From Octopus vulgaris (lineage: Eukaryota): a stretch of DNA of 64,000 bases. The notes beneath the pieces are model-generated. The model ran no database searches and had not been told where the DNA came from. It was given only the letters and a program-made list of their open reading frames with translations. Below, piece by piece: positions 1 through 13,453 of the stretch (position 1 is its first letter; every line of letters begins with the position of its first letter). The stretch is from positions 113,398,001 to 113,462,000 of the forward strand of contig OX597817.1 of the NCBI GenBank assembly GCA_951406725.2, given 5' to 3'. The position numbers were made by a program, and so were the translations under genes.

Positions 1-280
1 AGTAGTCAAGTATAGGTTGTGCTAGTGGTATGTAAAAAGCACTATTCAAGCATGGTCAATGCCAGTACTGCCAGACTGGCCCTCGTGCCGGTGGCATGTA
101 AAAAGCACCAACTACACTCTTGGAATGGTTAGCATTAGGAAGGGCATCCAGCCATTGAAACTTTGCCGGATCAGATTGGAGCCTGGTACAGCTTCCTGGC
201 TTGCCAGTCCTCAGTCAAACCGTCCAACCCATGCCAGCATGGAAAGCAGACGTTAAATGACAACAATGATGATGATGATG
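1..280 (+). mobile_element. RTE-tail SINE or truncated RTE 3' end
   Basis: attaggaagggcatccagc...ccaacccatgccagcatggaaa...(GAT)n, as in the RTE 3' UTR; similar copies at ~2430, 2797, 27295, 40353, 41577, 59853, 60700. Confidence 0.8.
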
Positions 281-3200
281 CTCTTGACAGAATTTGAGCT
301 TAACATCACAGGCTGAGGAAACTTAGATCAGTTCAAGCTAAAGAGCAAACTTCCATATGGTTGCCTAGCTTATGGAAATAGTAGCCATTGATCCCTCAAA
401 TTATTTATTGCTTGAGAAAGGGTGAGTCAATGTACTCTTAGACATGCAATGCCTAAATCAAGGACAGGTAATGCACTGATGGTTGTGTTTTGCTGAGGAG
501 ATCAGAATAATACCCAAACATCTTCAGAATTGTCTCCCATACTTCCTGCTATAAAAACAGTATTAGGCAATATCCAATATTGCTTTACTCACTGCATATT
601 TCTTGTTAGCTTTTTAATGATGCAGGCATTAAATACTGTATTTGATGGCATATAAAATGCACTGCATTTTCAAAAAAATGTCTCAAAAACAATCACCTTG
701 GGTTTTATATGCAAAAGTTGGGCCTCCCATAAGCATTAATGTTTTAAAAACTATTTTTTCTTGAACATGCTCTGCTGATGTTAGGTTGTATCTATCATGC
801 TCATGTGTCTTTTATATCATCAAATAGAATACATAACTTGTATAGTGTTTGTTGTTTATGTGTGTCTCTTTAAATTACTCTTGTACTGGTTTCAATCATT
901 GAACTGCTTTGAAGAGTTTAACCAATCAAATCATTCCATGGGTCCATATTTTGCCAAACTATTAATTTACAGGGACATGAATATCAGTTGTCAAGCACAA
1001 TGACAATAACACACACACATACACATACATATATGTTCATTTATATGTTTTACTTCCTTTTTTTCCATAATAGCATGAGTTAGACAAATACATATTATTG
1101 GGGCATTGTTTACAGCTTGATGCCCTTCCTGTCACTAAGCCTTACCTGTTTTTCAAATACAGGACTTTTCATTCCACTCCTCTTTGAAAGTGCAGAAGTG
1201 GTGGACAATTTATTTATAGGAAATGTCAACAAACATCACCATTTGTAGCCAAGTTCATTTTTCTAGAGAAGCACACAAGGATGCTATTCACACATGCAAA
1301 CACCTGGTTATGAAGAATTATTACCTTGTTTGGAAACACGTGAGGGTTGGTAACAGGAAGGGCATCCTGTCATAAATAATTTGCCTCAGCAAATTCCATC
1401 AGACCCATGCAATCACGCAAAAGTGGACATTAAAACGAAACCACACACACAAACATTCAAACATATGGTGAGCCTTATACAGTTTCCATCTACCAAATTC
1501 ACTCACTAAGTATTGGTCAGCTCAGAGCTATAATAGAAGACACCCAAGTCTCATCCTGTGGGACTGAACTCAAACCACATGGCTAAAAAGTAAATTTCTT
1601 AACACAACAGTCGGGCCTTATTATTATTTGAGGGAATATTAATCCTAACTTACAGGGTAAAAAATTCAATTTAGAAATACTAAATCAAAGTTCACGCAAT
1701 ATAATATATATATATATATATATAAAATTAGAAAGAACCACCTTTTATCAATTCAAAATGAACTATTAAATTACACCATTTGAAAATTACATATAATAGA
1801 AATATTAAAATTAAAATAACAATAAAATACCAATGATTAAGTAAATTGCAAAATAATAATAAAAACGTATATAATTTGTACCAATTATATACATTTTTAT
1901 CATTTTTTTGCAATTTACTTAATCATTGGTATTGATATTTTAATTTTAATATTTCTAATTATATGAAAATTACATATAATAGAAATATTAAAATTAAAAG
2001 ATCAATAAAATACCATTAGTTGGTGATGATGGTGACAGAGAGAGAGAGAGAGGTACATACAGAGGTCTTTCACATAGTTACTGTCTATCAGATTCACTCA
2101 CAAAACATTTGTCAGACTGGGGATATAGAAGACAACACTTGCCGTAGGTGCCACACACTGTAACAGATGTCAACCACATGGTTTCAACACAGCTTGTTGA
2201 AGCACACAGTCAAGCCTGAACTCATTAGTTTACTTTGTAAATAATTATTTTTTCTTATGCCACATGATGTATATCATACATATTTATTTAGTGATTCATA
2301 TAGCAAGTATTGGAGGTGGTGGTGGCATTGGCAATTACGACAACAATCATCATTACCATCATCATCATTATTGCCTTCTTTTCATATAGCTTGTGGGTCT
2401 AACTTTAGTTCTCAGTTACAACTGTTTCATACAACATCATTATCATTTAACATTCGCTTTCCATACTTGGCATTGGTTAGATGGTTTGCCTGGAACTGAT
2501 AAGCCAGACAGCTGCTCCAGGTTCCTGTTTGATTTGTGGCATGGTTTCTACATCTGGTTGCTCTTCCTAATGCCAACCATTTCAATAGCTTAATGAGTGC
2601 TCTTACGTGCCACCAGCATGGGTGCTGTTTACATGACACCTGCAATGACCACAATTACGACTGCGATTTCACTTGGTTTGACAGGCCTTTTCAACACAGC
2701 ATTGCCAAAGGTCTCAGCCACTTATCATCACATTGTCAATAACCTCGGAAATGCATGAATATCACACACTCACATTTTAACATATATGAAACGATACATC
2801 ATCATCATGCATCCATTTTCTATGCTGGCATGAATTAGACAGTTTGACTGGAACTGATAAGCCAGAGAACTGTACCAGGCTCCAGTCTAGTTTAGCCTAG
2901 TTTCTACGGCTGGATGCCCCTTCTAATTGCCAACCATTCCAAGAGTGTAGTGGGTACCTTTTATATGTTACTGGGATGGATGCCTTTTATGTGTCACTGG
3001 CACATAAAAGGCTACATGCACAATAATAAGCATTTTTTTTTGTCATTTATAATCTCTTTGTGAGATTGATTAAAGATTAAATCTAGTATGTCTCGGACTA
3101 CATGATCCAGTGTGTCTTTTCTGTATTAAGATGTGTGTGGTTTGAGAGAAATTTGGTTGCTATTTCTTGCAGGCCAAGCAATGACTAGGAGGCTCCTTTG

Positions 3201-3557
3201 ATTGAATGTATTATTGTTGTTGTTTTCTCAGTGAACTGAATCAACAACCTTGATTTCAATACCCAGTTTGAGTCACATCATCCTATTTAATAACTATCCT
3301 TTTTAGCAGAAATCAATATTATTGACAAATTGGCAGAATCTTTAGAACATCAGACAACATAGCTTGTGTTTGTTTCAGTTCTTTATATTCTGCTATGGTC
3401 AACTTTTCTTACAACCTCCTGGGTTGATAAAACAAAATACCACTCAAACGCAAAATAAAATACAAGTCAAATTTGGAGAGAGGGAAGCAGTCGCTATAAT
3501 GAACTGTTCTCCTCTCCACTAAATTTGTGACTTGTACCTTATGTTAGAAATTATCAT

Positions 3558-3915
3558 TATTACCTTCGCTAAGGCGGAATTATTGTTTTCCATTGCATGC
3601 GTTTGTTTGTCCATGAACAAGATATCTCAAGAGCTGTTGGATGGATTCACATGAAACTTTCAGGGATGTTTGGTTTTGTGATTGGCATGAACTGATTAGA
3701 ATTTGTGATCAATTCGGTACTGGACAAAGATTTGGGCTTATTTTTCCTGTTTTTACTTAATTATTTTGAGAGCAGTCGGGTTCATTTTTAGTATTCTCAT
3801 TTGTGAGAGCAGTCAAGTTTATTTCAGATATTCTCATTTTTAAAAATTATCTCTGACTAATCGTTGAGAAGACATTGTGTTGCCTTGGCGGAGGTTTGTG
3901 CTCTCTGAGTGCTCT
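3558..3915 (+). mobile_element. Helentron-associated (HINE/DINE-like) non-autonomous element
   Basis: Subterminal inverted repeat accttcgctaagg / ccttggcggaggt, then a short hairpin; second copy at 36625-36972. Confidence 0.6.
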
Positions 3916-3989
3916 TGTTGTTATTATTTTTGCTAAGACAATAAAAGAATTAATTATTAAAAAAATAAAAGAATTAATTATTTTTGCTA

Positions 3990-5500
3990 AGACAGTGAGC
4001 TGCCAGAATCATTAGCATGCTGGACAGAATGCTTAGCGGTATTTCGCCCGTCACTACATTCTGAGTTCAAATTCCACCAAGGTTTACTTTACCTTTCATT
4101 CTTTCATGTTGATGAAATAAGTACCAGTTACACACTGGTGTCGATGTAATTGACTATCCCCTCCCCCTAATTTCAGGCCTTGTGCCTATACTAGAAAGGA
4201 TTATTTTTATTATTGCTGACTAAGTTGTTAGCACCCTGGACAAAATGCTTAGCAGTATTTCACCTGCCACTACGTTCTGAGTTCAAATTCCACCAAGGTC
4301 AACTTTACTTTTCATTCTTTCAGGGTCGATAAATTAAGTATCATTGAAACACTGGGGTTGATGTAATCAACTAGTCCCCCCTCCCCTCAGATTTCAGGCC
4401 ATTATTAAGGTAGCAAGCTTGCAGAATCGTTAGCATGCCAGACAAAATGCTTAGTGGCTTTTCTTCCATTGTACTGGGAGTCAATATAATCGACTAGCCC
4501 CCTCCCCCAAAATTCCAGGCCTTATGCCTGTAGTAGAAAGGATTATTGTGATTAATATGATTAAGGCAGCAAGTTGGTAGTCGTTAGCTCGCTGGATGAA
4601 ATGCTTAGTAGTATTTCGCCCATTGCTATGTTCTGAGTTCAAATTCTGCCGAGATCAACTTTACCTTTCATCCTTTCGGGGTCAATAAACTAAGTACTAG
4701 TGAAATACTGGGGTCAATGTAATCGACTAGTCCCTCCCAGCAAATTTCAAGCCATGTGCCTTTAGTAGAAAGGATTATTATTATTATTATTATTATTATT
4801 ATTGATCTGGCACAATTGTTAGCACATTGGATAGAATACTTAGCAGCATTTCTTCTGCCATTCTGAGTCCTAATTGTTCCAGGATCAACTTTGCTTTTCA
4901 TCTTTCAGGGGTTAATAAAATAAGTACCAGTGGTGCACTGGGGTTGATATAATCATCTACCCTGTGTGTCCATCCCCCCACCCACCCACTGCCAAGTTTC
5001 AGGTCTTGTACCTATAGTAGAAAGGATAATTACTATTACTGAGCTGGCAGAATTATTAGCACATCAGACAAAATATTTAGTGGCATTTCTTCTAGCTAAT
5101 TATGTTCTGTGTTCAAGTTTTGGCTCAGTCAACTTTGTTTTTCATCCTTTCAAAATAAGTACTAGTTGAACACTGCTGTCCTTGTAATCAAATAGTCCTC
5201 TTCTCCCCAAAAGAAATTGCTGGCCTTGTGTCCAAATTTGTAAACATTATTATCATCATCATGGCTGTGGATTGGCAGAATCATTAGAGTTAGATGAATG
5301 CTTTGTAAATATTTCTTTCAACACTGTATATTCCAAGTTCAAATTCCACTGATCTCAATTTTGATTTTCTTCCCTCCATGGGGCTAAAATGAAGAACTAG
5401 TCAAGTCCTAAGGTAGCAATTTTGAGGAGAGAGGTTTAGTCAGTATTATTGATTTTCAACCTTCATTCAAAATTGCTGCCCTTGTGCCTAAATTAGAAAT
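3990..5500 (+). repeat. Head-to-tail array of ~7 tRNA-derived SINE copies with (TTA)n tails
   Basis: Repeating gagctggcagaatcgttagca...ttctgagttcaaattc...ttcatcctttcggggtc...ccttgtgcct..gaaaggattatt; more copies at 22628-23060, 26436-26870, 33518-33740, 35969-36125. Confidence 0.85.
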
Positions 5501-7126
5501 AATTATTCATATTATTGATGTTGTTCTGTTATAGTTGTTTGTGCATTGGATTTTGTATACTATTAACTTCGTCAGCTGTTTTTCTATTCGCATTGTTGCT
5601 AATTCAAAAGTACATACTAAATTATTCAACAGTAATTCATCTGTAGATAATTAGAAAGTATATAAACTGATACATTGGTAGAAACACTAACTAGGTTGAA
5701 CTAAAAAGAAGATTTCTATTTAATTATCATTGCGAATGGATTTGAGCGAGATGTAATATTAATTATATTTTTTTTTTTTTACCCCTTCTTGAAATCACTT
5801 GACAGGCTTGATTTTTGTATCAAAGATCTCAAAGCTTGCCAATTTGTAGCTAAAAAGTTTGCAAGCCTGTTTAACAGTGAAAGAAGCCCATTTTAAACGT
5901 TTGGTGGAATATAGTAAATTTTGATGTCCCCCACCTCATTTTTATATCCAATTTTTCCAAGCTGGCATGAATGAAATTAGTTTTTAATTAATAAAAATTA
6001 GAATGTCAAATTTACAGAGTCATTGGGACGACTGGTAATATTCATTCTAGCACTCTGTGCGCTACATTCAAATCTCATTAAGGCCAATTTTGCCTTTCAT
6101 CTTTTTGAGGTTGATGAAGTACCAGTCCAAAGCAGTAAATTATCAGAACTATTAGAGCATCAAATGAGATACTTTATGGTATCCATTCTGGCTCTTGGTA
6201 TTCTGTCAGTGTTTAGGCCCAGGTGAGTTCTGATTGAGTAGACCTATGATCAAGAGCATTACAGCTATGACACACCATCCTATTTTCAGGCACTATATTT
6301 AGGACTACATTGCCCAATGTGTCCTTCATTTTCTGAAGGTGGTAGGATGTGATTTGAGGGGAATTTGACTGTTCCCTATTAGCTCAGTGACCATGTAGTA
6401 GGTTTTTTTTTTTCTGTTCAAATAAGCATGATGTATATTTTGGAGTTGACTCAATCCTCTAATTATTTTTTTACAAACATGAAACACTCTTATGCCTGGT
6501 TAAAACAAAATAATTATTAGCAACACACTGATGTAAGTATAGCTGTGTGGTTAAACAGTTTGCTTTGTGATCACATGGTTCTAAGTTCAATCCCATAGTG
6601 TAGCACCTTGGATATATGTCTGCTTTTGTAACCATGTATTTACCATTACTTTGTGAGTGGAATCTGATTGACGGACACTATGCGAATCCCTTACATCATC
6701 ATCATCACCACCACCTGTCTGTTTTCCATGCTGGCATGGGTTTTACAGTTTGACAGGAGCTAACCAGCCAGTAAGCCATCTAAAATCTGCTTGTCTGCTG
6801 TAACATGATTTCTACAGATGGATATCCTTCCTAACTCCAACCACTTTACAGAGTGTGCTGGGTCCTTTTTATATGCCACCAGCACCTGTATATGGGGCAA
6901 GCCTGCATGTATAGATGACAGCAAATTTACTTAGCTTGAAACATCTCAAATACAGCAAATCACAATAATTCCCAATCCCTTGTCATTTTCTCAGTGAGGC
7001 CCAATGTTCAAAGATCTTTTCTCACCATTTCATCTCACATTTTCCTGGGTCTACCCCTCCCACCAGTTCCCTCCACAATTAGAGCATTAATTGTGGTGAA
7101 TCCCATTGTATGTGTATATATATATA

Positions 7127-8561
7127 TTGGGTTGGCAACTAAGTTCCCATTTTTTTTAAATTTTGGAATTTATTGCGTTTTTAAATTTTTGGAATCTATT
7201 TTTTTTGAGAATTCTATTTTTGAATCATTTTGGAATCTTTGGGGGTTTTTTTTCTAGTTAATTTTTGTTTATTTTCAGATCTTTAAAATGGAATGTCAAG
7301 TTAACAAAAACAGGCATTTTCAACACCACCTTCTTTTTGCTTTTAATCAAGGTTCTAAGGCCACAAAAGCTGCTTGCAACATTTGTGCTGTGTATGGAGA
7401 GGGTACCATAGCTGAAAGAACTGCTTGTGATTGGTATGCCAAATTCAAAAATGGAAATTTTGACCTCAAAGACACACCTCGTTCTGGCCGTCCAGTTCAA
7501 TGAAGAGCAATTAAACCAACTTTCGCACAAAAATTCTCGTCAAACAAGGGAAATGGCAGAGAAAATGGAATGTTCCCACACTGCTATAGAGAAGCATCTC
7601 CACTCGATGGGAAAGGTTCACAAATATGGAGCATGGATTCCGCATGCTTTAAGTGACAACAACAAAAATCAACAAGCTACAATCTCTGCTGGTTTGCTTG
7701 CTCGTCGCCACTCAACTCATGGACACAAGCAACTATTTCTTTACCAAATCGTTACTGGCGACGAAAAATGGTGCCTGTACATCAATATGAAGCAGCATAA
7801 GGAATGGTTTAGCCCCGATAAACAAACAACTCTGCATGTGAAACAAGATCATCATCATCATCGTTTAACGTCCGCTTTCCATGCTAGCATGGGTTGGACG
7901 ATTTGACTGAGGTCTGGCAAACTAGATGGCTGCACCAATCTGATCTGGCAGAGTTTCTACAGCTTGATGCCCTTCCTAATGCCAAACACTCCAAGAGTGT
8001 AGTGGGTGCTTTTACGTGCCACCAGCATGAAGGCCAGTCAGGCAGTACTGGCAACGGCCACGCTCAAATGGTGCTTTTTATGTGCCACCTGCACAGGAGC
8101 CAGTCCAGCAGCACTCATCCACGTAAAATAATGTTGTGCATATGGTGGGGCTGGGAAGGGATTATCCATTATGAATTGCTTGAACGGAACCAAACAGTCA
8201 ACACGGAACTCTATGTTCAACAGTTGGAACAACTCAACACAGCTATTCAAGAGAAAAGACCTAATCATCAGCATGGAGTTCTTCTGCTGCACGACAAAGC
8301 ACACCCTCATATCACCAATATGACCAAGGAAGCCATTCAAACGCATGGCTGGGATGCAGAATTGAGAGCTTGGTTGGATCAATTTTTCGAGTCGAAATCG
8401 GGTGGTTTCTACCAATGAGGTATTGAAAATTCTTGTTGAACGTTGGAAAGAAGCTGTAAACAACAAGGGTGATTACATTATTGATTAATTAGTTGTTATT
8501 TTTTATTAAACCTTTTAAAAATTTTAATTTAAAAACAGCGGAAACTTAGTTGCCAACCTAA
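7127..8561 (+). mobile_element. Defective mariner transposon (mellifera-subfamily-like)
   Basis: TIRs ttgggttggcaactaagtt / aacttagttgccaacctaa with TA TSDs; transposase pieces RSGRP, WIPHAL, IVTGDEKW, KIMLCIWW, LLHDKAHPH; frameshift, insertion and loss of the YSPDL region. Confidence 0.93.
7850..8114 (-). mobile_element. RTE-3'-tail retroelement inserted into the mariner transposase
   Basis: (CAT)n-cgtttaacgtccgctttccatgctagc... interrupts KQD|HPRK. Confidence 0.85.
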
Positions 8562-8631
8562 TATATGTATGTATGTGTATATATACATATGTATGTATGT
8601 GTATATATACATATATATATGTATGTATGCA

Positions 8632-8660
<29 letters not shown>

Positions 8661-8662
<2 letters not shown>

Positions 8663-9531
8663 CATTATCATCGTCTAATGTCTGTTTTCCATGCTAGCAC
8701 GGGTTGGACGGTTCGACCAGGGTCTGGGAAGCCAGGAGGCTGCACCAGGCTCCAGTCTGATCTGGCAGTGTTTCTACAGCTGGATGCCCTTCCTAACGCC
8801 AACCACTCCGTGAGTGTAGAGGGTGCTTTTTACATGCCACCGGCACAGGTGCCAGGGGAGGCTGGCAATGGCCACGATCGGTTGGTGCTTTTTACATGCC
8901 ACCAGCACAGGAGCCAGTCAAGGCGGCGCTGGCATTGGCCGCGTTCGGATGGTGCTTTTTACGTGCCACCGACACGGGTATCACAACTACAATTTCCATT
9001 TGATATTTATTTCAATGTTCATGTACTTGACTCAATAGGTCTCCTCAAGCACAGCAGGTCGTTCTGCAATCCAAGGTACTTTGAATGGGCTGGGGCTATG
9101 TGAAACTGGTGCAGGAAGCAGCCCGGGTCTTTGCAGTCACAGCATATCTCCAGAGATCTCGGTCCTTCGTCATTGCCTCTGTGAGGCCCAACCCTCGGAG
9201 GTCATGCTTGACTACCTCATCCTATGTCTTCCTGGGTCTACCTCTCCCCCTGATACCTTCAACTGTTTGGGAGCGGCACTTCTTCACACATCTCTCCTCA
9301 TCCATCTGCAATACATGGCCATACCATTGCAAGTGTCTCTCTTGCACTGATGCTTCTTATGTCCAGCATTTTCTCTCAGGGTGCTTACACTCTGTCATGC
9401 ATGCACACTGATATTACACATCCAGTGGATCATGTTAGCTTCATTTCTTTCAAGTCTATGCATGTCCTCTGCAGTCACAGCCCAAGTTTCACTATCGTAA
9501 AGCATGGCGGTTCGCACACATGCATCATACA
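8661..9531 (-). mobile_element. 5'-truncated RTE copy
   Basis: Colinear with 42034-42765 (3' UTR plus C-terminal coding YDACVRTAML..ETWAVTAEDM); flanked by TA/TG microsatellite. Confidence 0.9.
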
Positions 9532-10011
9532 TATATATATATATATTTGTATGTGTATATATGTATATATGTGTGTGTGTATATATATATATATTTGTAT
9601 ACAGGGATGAAGTAGAAATAGTGTGTTGAGTTGCAAACCTTTATGCTAAAAGTAAAAATTTAGTCTTTTGATAAATAGAGCTTGATCAAATGAATTTTAG
9701 ACTGAATTAAACACTGAAGGTTGATGCAGTCAAATTATTGCTAAATGAATTTATTGTTAAACATATTTTTGAATTAACAATGTGAATAGACAAATGGGAA
9801 ATGAAGATAATGGTACAGAAAATCCAATACACAGGGGATGATAATGACAAGAACAACAACAACAATAAGAATAATTGTACAGATGACTTCTCAATATCTT
9901 TTTCCAACCAATATGTGTGTATTATCTAATAAGGTCCTCAATACATGATCACCTGATTTATGTAAAACATATTTGTTTTATTTTTGGTTTTGTTCATTTT
10001 TATCTGTATAG

Positions 10012-10070
10012 GTAGTCTATGGACAGTTCAGCTATGTTTGGAACCATTAGTGGAAATGATTCCCAATAAG
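10012..10070 (+). CDS. RMC1: RMC1 (C18orf8/Mic1, regulator of MON1-CCZ1) coding exon; earlier exons not found in window
   Basis: tgtatag|GT...AATAAG|gtaaga; encodes (G)SLWTVQLCLEPLVEMIPNK, matching recalled human GYLWNLQVKLEPIVNLLPDK. Confidence 0.88.
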
Positions 10071-12609
10071 GTAAGAGTAAAAGTTTATTATGTTAATTTA
10101 TTTGTTTGTGACGAGTTATTTTCTGAAGTTGAACTTGATTTTCTACTGTTTTTTTTTTCCCATGTATTTCATTTATTTTTGAGTCGTCTTCTAGTGTTGT
10201 GTTATTCTGTTTATGCTTGCAAATGTGTATACATGTATGTGTTTGCACAGCTAAACCATTAGATTTAAAACCATAATGGTAGCTTCTAAAACAACCAGGC
10301 ATGTCTAAGTAACTTGAACTTGTTTAATTTACATTGTTAAAACCTGTCCAGCCCTTGCCAGCATGGAAGATGGACATTAAATGATGATGATGATGATGAT
10401 ATACGTGAAACAGAGATTTCATGCAGATAATTATTGATTCGGCACTGATAATGTGACTAAAAACTTGGTTTTTGGATTTTGGATTTTGTTTGTGCCATAA
10501 TCTCATTAATTTCCCTTCGAGCCATCTTTTAACTGTAGTTAGAAGCCGTGTTGTGTAAAAGAAAAGAAATATTGAAGGAGAATAATGCTGGAATAAAAAT
10601 ATTTGAGTAGAGTATAAGCATAGCTAAATGGTCTAGAAATTTGCTTTGCTATTATGGGATTCCATTCTGAATCCCTCTTCCTGGAATGTTGGGCAAGTGT
10701 CTGTTATTGACAAGGTTTGAGTGCAACTGGTTAGGTAAAAAATTATGTGGAAACCCATTGGATGTAGTGTATCTGTGATTCAAGGGGTCCAGTTTTGTCT
10801 CACACAGTTATGCCAGTCCACCTGTGACCACCTTTTAATGATCACCCCACCACCTGCCAAAAACAAACTATGCATTTTGAAATGTTTCTATTTAAATTTA
10901 AACCTTTTGCTTTAATTTTATGTAAGAACCTTCAGTTAAATTGCAGTGGACATCATTATCTTACTTCCACTTTCCAGGCTGGTATGAGTTGGACAGATTG
11001 CCACAGTCCAAGTCAGTTCTTACTGGGAGCACTGCACTCATGAACAAGCTAGAGAATTATATGTTTCGTTTTTGATTTAGTTTCTACAGTTAGACATTCT
11101 TAGAGCATCCTAAGTGCATTTTAACATAGGACCAGTGCTTGAGAAGTTGTCATGACCCTAGTGAAATAAGACTACAGGATTCTCTCAATCATATACCATT
11201 TTTCACTTTCACCAACCACTTTACATTGTACTGAGTGTATTTTTATCATGGCACCAGCACAAGTGGAGTTGTCATGTCTCTCCACCAAAACCAGTTTGAA
11301 AGGACTTCTCCATCGTATACTTTCTCCTTTTGTCCACCAATTGCTTAGACTGTACTGTTTGTATTTTATCACCAGCTTAACCCTTTTAATACTGACCTAC
11401 TGGAAACTGATCTTACTTCTTATGTTACAAACTTGTTACTATAAAGTGATATAAATTTTATCATTTCATATCAGTTAATATTCCAAATTCCATCTTAATA
11501 ATGACTAAGTCAAGTTACTAAATTCTTCATTAAGTTCAAAATTAATAGAAGTAAAGTATATTTCAATAGAAACACAGTAAAAAATGGGTTAAAAAAGAAG
11601 TTATTTTACTAACACCCTTTAATCCTTTAGCATTTAACCCAGTTGTACCCAAATATTCTATTTGCTTTATGTTCAAACCAGCCAGATCTTCCCCCTCACA
11701 CCTACCCTACAATGTCATCCTAAAAATAAGCAATCGTATCATCAAAATCTCAAAGCTATAAGATAATGTGTGATTAATTCAAAACAATGTGAATAAAAAA
11801 GCATTACATTAAACAGAATAATGAATGCTAGAGGACTAAATCTTGATTATTAAAGAATAACTAATTTAAAAAAAACATGGATAGTGTATTTATTAGAAAT
11901 AATAGCAATTAAAGTATTATGGATGATCATATCTGTGGAATACTCAACCATTTGCACATGCTTCATTGAGTAGATAGTTTCGCTGATTGAGCAACTCATC
12001 ATTGCCACTGACAGAGGGCTGACTTCAGAATAGAAGTCAGACTTTAGAATAGAAAACATTGCAAATTTGAGATGTCAACCGCCTCAGTCAACAGTTTTGA
12101 CAATTATTTTGTGCACTATTTCTCTCAGTTTGCTTTTGATAAAAACATGGTTTAAATTTTGTTGTGAAGTTTTTGTTTATCACTCTAAAAATATTTTCAC
12201 AAAATTCATTGTGTAATAGCAGCTCATTAAAAGCATTTAAGTGTACCTGAAAACTATACCTGCCCATTCTTACAAAACAACCTGGTAAATCTGGTTGTAT
12301 CTTAAACTTTGGTGTATATTAAAATACCCACAAATAAGTTGACTTGTTTGAATGTAGTTAGTAAGTGTAAACAACCTATAAATTGGGTTTATGACCCAGT
12401 AGTTTTATTTATTTTCATCTCTGAGAGCTAGCATATATTGGATATTGGTACAAGTAAAAAATATTTTTATATCATATTTGTTTGCTACAGGATAGTAGTG
12501 GGAGGGAGTCTATATAAATGATAGCAACAAAAATGTAAAGATGGCTGTTGAATTGGAACATTTAAGTGATATGTTTACTAAATGTCTCTCTATATTTTTG
12601 TAATTCCAG

Positions 12610-12789
12610 TTGAAACTGATAGAGTTCTTAGTGTTGCGGAAAGACAGCAAATTGGTATTATTGTCAGTATGTCGACAAATGTTAATTCCTGGCCACCAAG
12701 CCACTCTTGTCACAATCGCACAAATCTATGATATGCTAAATGATGTTTATAAAAATTATCAAGAAGCTGAAACACAATATCTTGTACAT
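12610..12789 (+). CDS. RMC1: RMC1 coding exon (alternative donor possible after 12783)
   Basis: taattccag| acceptor, CAT|gtaagt donor, 180 nt phase 0; LKLIEFLVLRKDSKLVLLSVCRQML...YDMLNDVYKNYQEAETQYL resembles human RLMDFLLQRKECKMVILSVCSQML...FDKLNHEYKKYLDAEQSY. Confidence 0.9.
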
Positions 12790-12948
12790 GTAAGTAAACA
12801 TTTTTCTTCAGCTGCAGTTGTAATTTTGCATTGTCAATCAAGTGTACATTTAATTTAAAGAAAATTGATTCTATTTTTATATACTAGCTTATGTTGGATA
12901 GTTTTTGTGATTATTCATGTTTAAATAAATTATTGGAGATAACATATG

Positions 12949-13453
12949 ACTTGACTGACTTGACAGCATTCACCCGGGGTGGGTTGAGCTGGCTTCATTC
13001 ATCCTCAATGCTGCATCTCTCACAAACGCTGACCAAACCTCGATTTGAGGCTAATGACCACGTGATCTCCAACCACTCCTTATTCCAGCGGCAAATGCCG
13101 TAGATATGGGGGCTTAGGTTGGGTTCCAGATCAGCCTTGATTGTCATCAGCCAGGTTTATCATTGTCCACCACATCGCTTTCGCCAACCCTGAAGGGTAG
13201 CTGGGGCAATTGCTTCGTAGATGAATTCTCCTCGTTGACGACGGAGGGCATGACCCAGCCAACGCAGACATCTCGTTAGGATGACTTGTCGGAGGGAGGT
13301 GATTCTGCACTGGTGTCACACCGAATTGTTGGAGACAAAGTGATGCCATCGGACACAAAGGATGTGGCGTAGACAGAGGTGATCAAAGAATTCTAGTCGC
13401 TTAATATCTTCCACACTCATTGGCCATGACACACTGCCATGACTTGCGGCAGC
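12949..13453 (-). mobile_element. 3' fragment of a second, distinct RTE family, with TSD
   Basis: - strand reads RLEFFDHLCLRHIL..LRWLGHALRR..GWRKRCGGQ..IKADLEP..IYGICRWNKEW; tail CAAGTCAGTCAAGT; 13-bp TSD gagataac(a/g)tatg at 12936 and 13454. Confidence 0.85.

Noticed and set aside
8573-9610. 176-aa and neighbouring + strand ORFs (also 14713-15354)
   Set aside because: Antisense readings of truncated RTE copies
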